From Planctomycetota bacterium (GTDB taxonomy: Bacteria; Planctomycetota; SZUA-567; JAKLDR01), in the NCBI GenBank assembly GCA_022703445.1, contig JAKLDR010000001.1:23884-87883 (forward strand): DNA of 64,000 nt. The letters run 5' to 3'. The number at the start of each line of letters is the position of its first letter. Position 1 is the first letter of the stretch. Shown here one piece after another: positions 44,444 through 52,592 of this stretch. The notes under the pieces were generated by a model. It did not search any database. It was not told where the DNA came from and worked only from the letters and a program-made list of their open reading frames with translations. Position numbers and translations under genes: made by a program.

Positions 44444-47161
44444 ATGAAACTCGCGACTACGATCATCCTCGGATTGGCAGTCCCCTTCGCGGCGGCCCTG
44501 CCGCTCGCCGCCGGCGAACTGCCCGCCAACAAGTGGACCCGGCTCGAGACCAAGGCCGAGCCCGGCTACGTCTGGAGCGGGCCGGTGTGGGTCCCGTCGC
44601 GCGGGCAGCTCCTGCACTGGGGCGGGCAGGAGCACGGCAAGCCCAGCCGCAACGATGTCCGGGCCTTCGATGCGGCGGCGCTCGACTGGGCCTCGGACTA
44701 CGAGAGCGACCCGCCGAGCGGCGCCTCGGGGCAGAGCTACGCCGGCGTCGGCGGCATGGCCAAGTCCGGCCGGCCGCGGCCCTATTACGTGATCCAGGGC
44801 GGCTGCTGGGACTCCAAGCGCGAGCAGCTCGTCTACACCATGAAGGGTCTGATGGCCGCCTACGACCCCAAGGCCAAGACCTGGAAGGACCTCGGCGCCA
44901 AGACGGTCATGCCCTGGCCGGTGGAGTACATCACCGACACGATCGCCTTCAAGACCGAGACGCCCGGCGGCCCGCCGGTCTACGGCGTGGGCACCTGCTA
45001 CGACCCGGAGAACGACGAGATCGTGCTCTTCCCGCACTTCGATGCCAAGAACCGCATGCTCCGCGACGCGACCGGGCAGATCACCGGCCACTACGGCACC
45101 TTCCGCTACAGCTTCAAGGACAACGCCTGGACGCTGGTGAGTGACTCGATTGGCTCGGACGAGGTCAAGGCTGCGCGCAAGGGGCTCGTCGCGGTCATGG
45201 CCAAGGTCAGCTCCGCCATGGACGCGGCGTGGGTCCTGAATCGCAAGCCGGATCCAGCCAAGGCGGCGGAGGCCGCCAAGCAGGTCGAGGCCGCCGCGGG
45301 CGAACTCGAGAAACTCGCCGTGCCGGCGGATGCCAAGGCGGGCCTCGCGCCGGTTGCCGGGCTGCTCAAGTCCGCGGCCGCGGCGCTCTCCGGCGGGAAG
45401 GCCGGCGACGCCATGAAGCCGGCCCGCGACGCGCTCTGGGCCGTGAACGAGGCCCTCGACGGCGCGCTCCGCGTCGAGCCACCGGCGCGGACCGCGGCGT
45501 CGATGGTCTACGACCCGAAGAACAAGTGCATCGTGATGTTCGGCGGGCAGACCACCGTCTCGCGCACCGACATCGGCGCGGGGCTGGCCCACACCGGCCT
45601 GGACGACACCTGGCTCTACGACGTCAAGACGAAGCAATGGCGCGAGGTGGCCAAGGCCAACCGCCCGCCGAGGACGCGCATCCCGCTGCTCGCCTACGAT
45701 CCGGAGAGCGGCCTGGTGCTGCTCGTGACCATCTCCGGGAACGTCTGGGACTCGCGCGTCCCGCGCAAGGTCGCCCTATGGACGCTCGACGCCGCCAAGG
45801 GCGAGTGGAGCAAGCGCGACGAGCAGCCCTGGGTCGGCGAGATCGTCACCAATTCCGGCGGCGGCAGCGAGGGGCCCAAGGCCCAGATGCCCATGGACAT
45901 GTTCGGCTTCGACGCGAAGAACCGGCTGCTCCTGGTCATGCAGCCGTTCAAGGGCGGGCAGCTCACCTGCGCCATGAAGCTGGACCTGGCCAAGCTGTCG
46001 TCCGAGCCGGCCCCGGCCGCGCAGCCCGCGCCGCCGATCAAGCCGTACGCGCCGGATCTGACCGACGACCCGGCCTGGGTCGCGAAGCTCAAGGCCCTGC
46101 CGGCCAACACCTGGGTGGCGGCCAAGCCGCCACAGGAACCTTCGCGGCGCGACTGGGGCATCATCACGGTCGACCCGCAGCGCGGGTGCCTGGTGTACTT
46201 CGGCGGCGGGCACTCCTCCTACCAGTGCAACGACGTGGCCGTCTACTCTGTGGGCGGCAACAAGTGGGTCACCGGCGCCGGCGACCACAACGGCCACGTG
46301 CCCAACAACGAATGGGAAGGTTCGACCCTGGGTCACCGCGGCGGCCCGCCCACCGGCCACCAGCGCAATACCTACCAGTCGTTCGACGGCCGGATGTACC
46401 TCTTCTACGGGACGCAGGACAAGCTCCCGGGCAACTACATCTTCCACGCCGACCCGGACTACGCCCGCTTCTACGACCTGGACCGCGGCGGGGTCTGGCG
46501 CGACCTCAAGATCGGGGCCATCGAGCGGCCCGAGAAGGTGCCGCCGGCGCTCTATGTCTCGGTCGCCGATCCGAAGGGCCGGCTCTTCACGCTGATCGGG
46601 GAGGCCCCAGGCTACTACGCGGCCAACAACATCCGCTTCTTTGTCAGCTGCCTGGACCTCAATGAGAACAAGCTCGTCGTCAAGGACGTGCCCAAGCCCT
46701 TCCCGGAGCAGCGCGGCCTGGGCGAGGGCCGGCCCTTCTGCTACGCCTCCGACCGCGACCAGATCATTCTCATGAACGGCAAGCCGGAGGATGCCTCCAG
46801 GAACTACAGCGAGGACGCCAAGAAGTTCCCGCTCAAGCAGGTCACCTACGCCTACGACTTCAAGGAGAACAAGTTCTCGGAGCTGCCCGCCAAGAAGACG
46901 CCACCCGTACGGCCCGTCCAGGTAGTCGAGTACTGCGAGGCCCAGAAATGCCTGCTCGCCGTGCTCGGCGACCAGCAGTGGGTCTACTCCTTCGAGAAGG
47001 GCGACTGGGCCGAGCTGGAAATGAAGACCGAGGGTGGCAAGATGGGCTTCCAGCATCCCTACAGTCAGATGGTCTGGGTCGCGAAGTACGGTGTCTTCGT
47101 CAACTTCGCCGGCAACACCTGGGTGATGCGCCCGGACTTCAGCCAGGTGAAGTGGGAATAG
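44444..47161 (+). CDS. Secreted Kelch-type double beta-propeller protein, paralog B2
   Basis: Signal ..PFAAALPLAAGE|LPANKW. Same architecture as B1. Second module LKALPANTWVAAKPP...YFGGGHSSYQCNDV. Tail: MRPDFSQVKWE. Starts 1 nt after the B1 stop. Confidence 0.9.
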   Translation: MKLATTIILGLAVPFAAALPLAAGELPANKWTRLETKAEPGYVWSGPVWVPSRGQLLHWGGQEHGKPSRNDVRAFDAAALDWASDYESDPPSGASGQSYAGVGGMAKSGRPRPYYVIQGGCWDSKREQLVYTMKGLMAAYDPKAKTWKDLGAKTVMPWPVEYITDTIAFKTETPGGPPVYGVGTCYDPENDEIVLFPHFDAKNRMLRDATGQITGHYGTFRYSFKDNAWTLVSDSIGSDEVKAARKGLVAVMAKVSSAMDAAWVLNRKPDPAKAAEAAKQVEAAAGELEKLAVPADAKAGLAPVAGLLKSAAAALSGGKAGDAMKPARDALWAVNEALDGALRVEPPARTAASMVYDPKNKCIVMFGGQTTVSRTDIGAGLAHTGLDDTWLYDVKTKQWREVAKANRPPRTRIPLLAYDPESGLVLLVTISGNVWDSRVPRKVALWTLDAAKGEWSKRDEQPWVGEIVTNSGGGSEGPKAQMPMDMFGFDAKNRLLLVMQPFKGGQLTCAMKLDLAKLSSEPAPAAQPAPPIKPYAPDLTDDPAWVAKLKALPANTWVAAKPPQEPSRRDWGIITVDPQRGCLVYFGGGHSSYQCNDVAVYSVGGNKWVTGAGDHNGHVPNNEWEGSTLGHRGGPPTGHQRNTYQSFDGRMYLFYGTQDKLPGNYIFHADPDYARFYDLDRGGVWRDLKIGAIERPEKVPPALYVSVADPKGRLFTLIGEAPGYYAANNIRFFVSCLDLNENKLVVKDVPKPFPEQRGLGEGRPFCYASDRDQIILMNGKPEDASRNYSEDAKKFPLKQVTYAYDFKENKFSELPAKKTPPVRPVQVVEYCEAQKCLLAVLGDQQWVYSFEKGDWAELEMKTEGGKMGFQHPYSQMVWVAKYGVFVNFAGNTWVMRPDFSQVKWE

Positions 47162-47171
47162 GAGAGACCCG

Positions 47172-49859
47172 ATGAGAGCCCTGAGCCTTGCCGCCACGAT
47201 CCTGGCCACGCTGACCGCCTCGGCTGTCTCCGCCGGCGAATCCGGCGGCATGCCCGAGTTGCCGGTCAACAAGTGGACCCTGCTGCCCACCAAGTCGGCG
47301 CCGCTCTACTGGCACGCCATGCCGGTCTACGCCCCGAGCCGTGGGCAGGTCTTCTTCTGGGGTCGGGACGGAGCCAGCGGCGGGGGCGGGGAGTCGGGCA
47401 TCGCCCGCAACGACATCTGCGCCTTCGACGCCGCCAAGGGCGAGTGGGTCTCCGACGTCCCCAGCGCCTCGCGCAAGGAACTGGCCGACGCCCGCAACGC
47501 CAACCTCGGCGTGGGCTTTGCCGGCCGCGCGGCCATGCTCCCCGGCGGCACGCCCGTGCCCTCGACCATCTCCTGCGGGGGAACCTGGGACTCGAAGAGG
47601 AACGAGATCGTCTACACGGTGGGCGGCCTGACCTTCGCCTACAACCCCGAGGCGAAGAAGTGGCGCGACCTCAAGGCCGAAAAGGCGCCGCGCGTCTACG
47701 GCCCCGGCGCCGGCTACGATCCGGTCAACGACGAGATCGTGCTCTTCCCGCACTTCAACGCCAACAACAACGATCTTGCCCGGGTCAACGGCAACGTGAC
47801 CATGCACCAGGGCACCTGGGTTTACAGCTTCAAGGACAACACCTGGCGCCGCGCGGGCGACTCCTTCGGTTCCGAGGAGGTGAAGAAGGCCCGCAAGGCG
47901 CTCCTGGAACTCATCGCCAAGGTCAGCGCGGCGACCGACGGCGCCTGGACGCTGCGGCGCACCAAGGACGCAGTCAAACCCGAGGATGTCCAGAAGGGCT
48001 TCGCCGAGGCGGCCGCCGAGTTAGACAGGCTGCCGATGCCCGCCGACGCGAAAGCGGTGCTCGCCAAGGCAGCCGCGCCGCTTAAGGAAGCATCCGACGC
48101 CGCCGCGGCCGGCAAGTGGGACGAGGCCCTGGCCGCCGGCGGGCGGGCCCTGTGGGTCTGCGACGAGACGCTCGACAAGCCGTTGCGGGTCGAGCCGCCC
48201 GCCCGTTGCGCCACGCCCCTGGTCTACGATCCCAAGAACCAGTGCCTGGTCATGTTCGGGGGGCACACCGGCCTCGTGCGCCTCGACCTCCAGACTCCCG
48301 AGAACAAGGGCGGCGAGCCCGGGCGCCTGAACGACACCTGGATCTACGACTGCAAGACGCGGCAGTGGCGCGACGCCTCCAAGGGCACCCGTCCGCCGCC
48401 GACGCTCTGGCCGGGCGTGGTCTACGACCCGGTTTCCGGGCTGGTGCTGCTCGTCACCCGCACCGGCAACCCCTGGAACGCCGCGGCCGGAGGCAAGGCC
48501 GCCATCTGGGGTTTCGACGCCGCCAAGATGGAGTGGAGCAAGCTCGACGAGCAGGCCTGGCCGGGGCCGGTCTGCGGCAACGCCTGGACCGGCTGGGGCA
48601 CGGTCATGCAGGAGGTGGCGCTCGACGCCAAGGCCGGACTGCTGCTTCTCCTACAGGTGCGCCGTGAGGGGAACAGTGCCTCGCAGGAAACCTTCGCGCT
48701 CAAGCTCGACGTATCGAAGATGACTCCCGCCCCCGCGCCGGCCTGGAAGGAGCCCGAGCCCATCCGGCCGCAGGTGATCCCGCCCGACGATCCGGCGGTG
48801 GTCGCCAAGCTCAAGGCGCTGCCCGCCAACAAGTGGGTCCACGTCCGGCCGCCCAACGACGGCCCCACCCGCGACTGGGGCAACGCCGCCTGCGACCCGG
48901 TCCGCGGGCACGTCTACTACTTCGGCGGCGGGCACTCCACCTATCAGGTCAACGACGTGGCCATCTACGCGCCGGGCGTCAACAAGTGGTTCTACGCCGC
49001 CGGCGACCACAACGACTGGGTCCCGCCGGCCGGCTGGGACGGCTCCAACCCCGGCCTGCGCGGCGGCAGGAACGCCGGCCACCAGCGCAACTCCTACGTG
49101 GCGCTCGACGGCCGGATGTACTCGGGGCTCGGCGCCGAGAGCCGGCGCTGGGGCGCGGAGAGCGCCAAAAGGGACTACCAGCGCTACTCCTGGTTCTACG
49201 ACGTGGACCGCGGCGGCGTCTGGCGGATGGTGCCGCTCGAGGCGAAGAAGGGCGAGGGCGTCGCCGGCCTCTGGGGCGGCACGCACCTCTCCTCGCCCGA
49301 CGGCCGGCTGTTCGGCTTCGGCGGGGCGCTCGAGCCCTACGACGGGCGCTTCTCGCCCGGCGAGATCTACTTTGCGGCGTTCGACGCCTTCCGCAACCAG
49401 CTCTCCGTGCAGAAGGTCGCGCCCGGCCCGAACTGCGATCCCAACGAGGATCGGCCGTTCTGCGTCCTTGGCGACAAGAACCAGGTCTTCTTCTACGAGT
49501 GCGCCATGGAGAACAAGGCCGTCAAGAAGCAGGGCACCTGGGTCTACGACATCAAGACCAACGCCTTCATCGACCTGAAGCCCAAGCGCCAGCCGCCAGC
49601 CGACCCGCAGACCGTCGAGTACCTCGCCGGCCAGGACGCGGTCTTCGCGGTGATCCGCGGCGGCGCGCAGTGGGTATACTCCTTCAAGGAGAAGGCATGG
49701 GCGCCGCTGCCGCTCGAGTCCGACGGCAAGCTGGGCTTCGCCACGCCCTACGCCCAGACGGTCTACTCAGCGAAGTACGGGGTGCTGGTCAACCTCGGTT
49801 ACGCCAGCGGCGGCACCGCGGTGATGCGGCCGGACGTGAGCCAGATGAAGTGGGAGTAG
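47172..49859 (+). CDS. Secreted Kelch-type double beta-propeller protein, paralog B3
   Basis: Signal ..LTASAVSAGE|SGG..LPVNKW. Closest by eye to B2 (EEVKKARKALLELIAKVSAATDGAW versus DEVKAARKGLVAVMAKVSSAMDAAW). Second module LKALPANKWVHVRPP...YFGGGHSTYQVNDV. Tail: MRPDVSQMKWE. Confidence 0.9.
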   Translation: MRALSLAATILATLTASAVSAGESGGMPELPVNKWTLLPTKSAPLYWHAMPVYAPSRGQVFFWGRDGASGGGGESGIARNDICAFDAAKGEWVSDVPSASRKELADARNANLGVGFAGRAAMLPGGTPVPSTISCGGTWDSKRNEIVYTVGGLTFAYNPEAKKWRDLKAEKAPRVYGPGAGYDPVNDEIVLFPHFNANNNDLARVNGNVTMHQGTWVYSFKDNTWRRAGDSFGSEEVKKARKALLELIAKVSAATDGAWTLRRTKDAVKPEDVQKGFAEAAAELDRLPMPADAKAVLAKAAAPLKEASDAAAAGKWDEALAAGGRALWVCDETLDKPLRVEPPARCATPLVYDPKNQCLVMFGGHTGLVRLDLQTPENKGGEPGRLNDTWIYDCKTRQWRDASKGTRPPPTLWPGVVYDPVSGLVLLVTRTGNPWNAAAGGKAAIWGFDAAKMEWSKLDEQAWPGPVCGNAWTGWGTVMQEVALDAKAGLLLLLQVRREGNSASQETFALKLDVSKMTPAPAPAWKEPEPIRPQVIPPDDPAVVAKLKALPANKWVHVRPPNDGPTRDWGNAACDPVRGHVYYFGGGHSTYQVNDVAIYAPGVNKWFYAAGDHNDWVPPAGWDGSNPGLRGGRNAGHQRNSYVALDGRMYSGLGAESRRWGAESAKRDYQRYSWFYDVDRGGVWRMVPLEAKKGEGVAGLWGGTHLSSPDGRLFGFGGALEPYDGRFSPGEIYFAAFDAFRNQLSVQKVAPGPNCDPNEDRPFCVLGDKNQVFFYECAMENKAVKKQGTWVYDIKTNAFIDLKPKRQPPADPQTVEYLAGQDAVFAVIRGGAQWVYSFKEKAWAPLPLESDGKLGFATPYAQTVYSAKYGVLVNLGYASGGTAVMRPDVSQMKWE

Positions 49860-49874
49860 GCGGAGAACGCTTGC

Positions 49875-51317
49875 ATGGCTTTCGCGCTGGACAAACCCGA
49901 CAGGAACCGCGGCATCATCGAGGTCACCGGGGAGGTGCTCCACCGGATGGCCGAGGGACTGGGCTTCAACTGGTACTCCTGCTACGGGCCGGAGACCTAT
50001 CCCGCACCCGGCGACGACGGGCGCTGGGCGCGGATCTTCGCCCACGCCGAATGGCTGAACATGCGCTTCATCCGCTTCGGTCAGTCCGCGGGCAGGATCA
50101 GCGACGACGCCGGAACGTTCCGCCCGGACGACCTGTCGTTCGACCAACTCCGGCGCGTGAACGGTTGGGCCGAACGCTGGGGCGCTTCGATCGTCCTGGA
50201 TCCGTTCGGCATTCCCAAGGCGTTTCAGTACGAGCCGTGGCCGGGGGCGCCGGGCGTCTGGGGGCGCGAGGGGAGCTACCACCTGGGCGTCCGCGACATC
50301 GACGCCTACGTCGGCCGCTTCGTGGTTCCCTACGTGCGGCATGTGGTCAGGGAACTCGGCTGCAGGGCCGTGACGTGGTTCAACCACGTTAACGAGCCCC
50401 TGCGCGGGGCCGTGTGCGCCACGCCTCCGGGCATCGACGATCATGCCCGGTACGTCGAGGTGCTCAAGGCCATCCGGCAGGGGCTCGACGAGGCGGGGCT
50501 GTCCGGCATCGGCAACATGGGACCGGACACGCACACCCACCACTACTGGCCGATCGACCACATGCTGGAGATCGGCGCGGACCCCGATCCGGCGATCCAG
50601 GCCTATTGCATGCATCACTACCAGAGCCGCTTCGACTGGGACGCGCCGACGGGCGTGGTCAACTCCAAGCCCATGACCGAGACCGTCGAGCAGCACCTCA
50701 GGCGGTATTGCCGTTACGCCCAAGGGAAGCGCAAGCCGTACCTGGTCACGGAGATCGGCATGTTCCATTTCGGGTGGGCCACCGGCGACCCGGCGGGCAT
50801 CGCCCGTCACGACAACTCCGTCCTGGAGGCCGAATTCATCGTCCGCGGCATGGCCGAGGGCGCCGACGGGTTCCTGCGCTGGGCGTGGCTCAACCCCGGC
50901 ACGCACGACGGCTGGTGGCAGCTGATTGACACGGTTGGCGGCAGCGACGCACCGCTGCGGGACCCGTACCATGGCTACGGGACGCTCTATCGCTACGTGT
51001 CGCGGAGGCCGGAAATCGTGAAGGTGGAAGTCGCACAGGAAACGGGCGGCGGGCCGCGGACGATCCACGCCACGGCGACGATCAACGCCGACGGCTCGCG
51101 CACGTTGCTGGTGGTCAACGATTCCTACGCGACCTGCGCGCCGGTCACGGTCAGGCTTCCCACCGGCGGGGCGGCGGTCGTGCGCAAGATCGTCAACGAC
51201 CCGGTCCGGAAGCACCACGAATGCGAGCCGCTGGCGGTCTCGGGCGGGGCCATCGAGATAGCCGACGCCCTGTCCCCGATGAGTCTGACCGTGTACACGA
51301 CATGCGAGAAGTCGTGA
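49875..51317 (+). CDS. Cytoplasmic clan GH-A (TIM-barrel) glycoside hydrolase, family not assigned
   Basis: No signal peptide. WFNHVNEP (acid/base NEP) and PYLVTEIG (nucleophile TE) sit at typical spacing. The C-terminal ~100 aa are beta-rich (sandwich). Family-level assignment needs a dbCAN search. Confidence 0.75.
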   Translation: MAFALDKPDRNRGIIEVTGEVLHRMAEGLGFNWYSCYGPETYPAPGDDGRWARIFAHAEWLNMRFIRFGQSAGRISDDAGTFRPDDLSFDQLRRVNGWAERWGASIVLDPFGIPKAFQYEPWPGAPGVWGREGSYHLGVRDIDAYVGRFVVPYVRHVVRELGCRAVTWFNHVNEPLRGAVCATPPGIDDHARYVEVLKAIRQGLDEAGLSGIGNMGPDTHTHHYWPIDHMLEIGADPDPAIQAYCMHHYQSRFDWDAPTGVVNSKPMTETVEQHLRRYCRYAQGKRKPYLVTEIGMFHFGWATGDPAGIARHDNSVLEAEFIVRGMAEGADGFLRWAWLNPGTHDGWWQLIDTVGGSDAPLRDPYHGYGTLYRYVSRRPEIVKVEVAQETGGGPRTIHATATINADGSRTLLVVNDSYATCAPVTVRLPTGGAAVVRKIVNDPVRKHHECEPLAVSGGAIEIADALSPMSLTVYTTCEKS

Positions 51318-51339
51318 GCAACTACCAGGGAGGACGGGC

Positions 51340-52542
51340 ATGCACTGGAGAATCGTGACGGCAGCCGTTCTGGCCCTGCTGGCCATCGATGGCCCGGGCC
51401 ATCGTACCCGAGCCGGCGAGAGCGCCCCGGCGGATCAGGCCGTCGACGTCTGGATCCCTAGCGGCCAGTCCAACGCGTGCGGACGGGGACGACCCCCGGG
51501 CCCGCCGGCCAGTGCGGCTGTGGAGGCCTTCGACCCCAGGGGCGGCAAGTGGGTTCCGGCCCGCGATCCTCTTCCGGGCATGGGCACCTCAGGCGTCGGT
51601 CCCTGGCAGGCGGCGGCGGCGGAGTACGCCGCCAGAACCGGCCGCAAGGTCCGGCTGGCCGGCTGGGCGGAGGGCGGCATCAGCATCGACTTGTGGGACG
51701 CGGCCAAGGGCAGCGGCTGGCGCGCGCTCTCCGGCGTGCTGGAGCGCGCCGGCAAAGGAGCCGGCGTCCTTCTGTGGTACCAGGGAGAAGCCGACTGCGG
51801 CAAGGCGCCCGACAGGTACCTGGCCCAGTTCAAGGACCTGACCGAGCGCGTCCGGAAGGGCTGCGACAACCCGGGGATGACGGTGGTCGTGGTCCAACTC
51901 TCCGCCTACCAGGCAGGCTACGACCTGGGCAAGGACCCGCCCGCGAAGAAGCCTTTGGCCAGGGGCGACAAGAGCCAGATCATGCTCATGCGCGAGACCC
52001 AGCGCCAGTGCGTCCTCGGTGACGACCGGGCCATTCTGGTCACGGCCATGGGGCGCAAGACGCAGGACTACTGGCACCTCAGCACCGAGGGGCAGACCGA
52101 ACTGGGCGGGGAGATCGGCCGGGCGCTGGCCGCCCGGTTGCACAAGGTCGACACCGGCTGGCCTGGGCCGGTGCTGGACGCGGCCGTGCTGGGCGACGAC
52201 GGCAAGACCGTGATTGCGCACTTCGCCGAGGTCAAGAAGCTGACCGGGCTCGCGGCCGCCGACTTCGGCTTGGTGGGAACAGGCGCCAAGGCCGCGGAGG
52301 TCCAGGCGGCGGCGGCCAAGGCCGAGGCGTTGGGCGGGACGCTGGTCAAACTGACCTTCGAAGAGCCGGTCAAGCTGCCGGCCGCCCTGGTCTACGGTCT
52401 GGGCAGCGCGCCCGCCGCTGGGCTGGTCGACGAGGCCGGCAACCGGGCGCCCGCCGTGCAGCTGGAGATAACCCAGGGCAAGGCCCCGGAAGACAAGGAG
52501 ACCGCCGCGCCCAACGGGGCGGGAGCGGCGGCCCGGCGCTGA
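51340..52542 (+). CDS. Secreted SASA/DUF303-type carbohydrate O-acetylesterase-like protein 1
   Basis: Signal ..HRTRAGE|SAP. IPSGQSNACG (GQSN catalytic Ser motif) and LLWYQGEADC are characteristic of sialate O-acetylesterase-like enzymes. More divergent than the next gene. Confidence 0.75.
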   Translation: MHWRIVTAAVLALLAIDGPGHRTRAGESAPADQAVDVWIPSGQSNACGRGRPPGPPASAAVEAFDPRGGKWVPARDPLPGMGTSGVGPWQAAAAEYAARTGRKVRLAGWAEGGISIDLWDAAKGSGWRALSGVLERAGKGAGVLLWYQGEADCGKAPDRYLAQFKDLTERVRKGCDNPGMTVVVVQLSAYQAGYDLGKDPPAKKPLARGDKSQIMLMRETQRQCVLGDDRAILVTAMGRKTQDYWHLSTEGQTELGGEIGRALAARLHKVDTGWPGPVLDAAVLGDDGKTVIAHFAEVKKLTGLAAADFGLVGTGAKAAEVQAAAAKAEALGGTLVKLTFEEPVKLPAALVYGLGSAPAAGLVDEAGNRAPAVQLEITQGKAPEDKETAAPNGAGAAARR

Positions 52543-52577
52543 TGCGCCCGGACTTCAGCCAGTTGAAGCGGAGTTAG
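52542..52577 (+). pseudogene. 12-codon relic of a Kelch-paralog 3' end (MRPDFSQLKRS-stop)
   Basis: atgcgcccggacttcagccagttgaagcggagttag versus the B2 3' end atgcgcccggacttcagccaggtgaagtgggaatag (47126..47161). A 23-nt exact run (tgatgcgcccggacttcagccag) is shared, and I count 30 of 36 nt identical. It lies in the spacer between the two esterase genes. Confidence 0.7.
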
Positions 52578-52592
52578 CGAAGAGAGGTCGGC

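Noticed and set aside
40495-44553. 1352-aa ORF on the minus strand
   Set aside because: It is antisense to regulator R3 and Kelch B1 and reads through the heptamer hairpin (giving the WKVEGGRW peptide). Shadow ORF.
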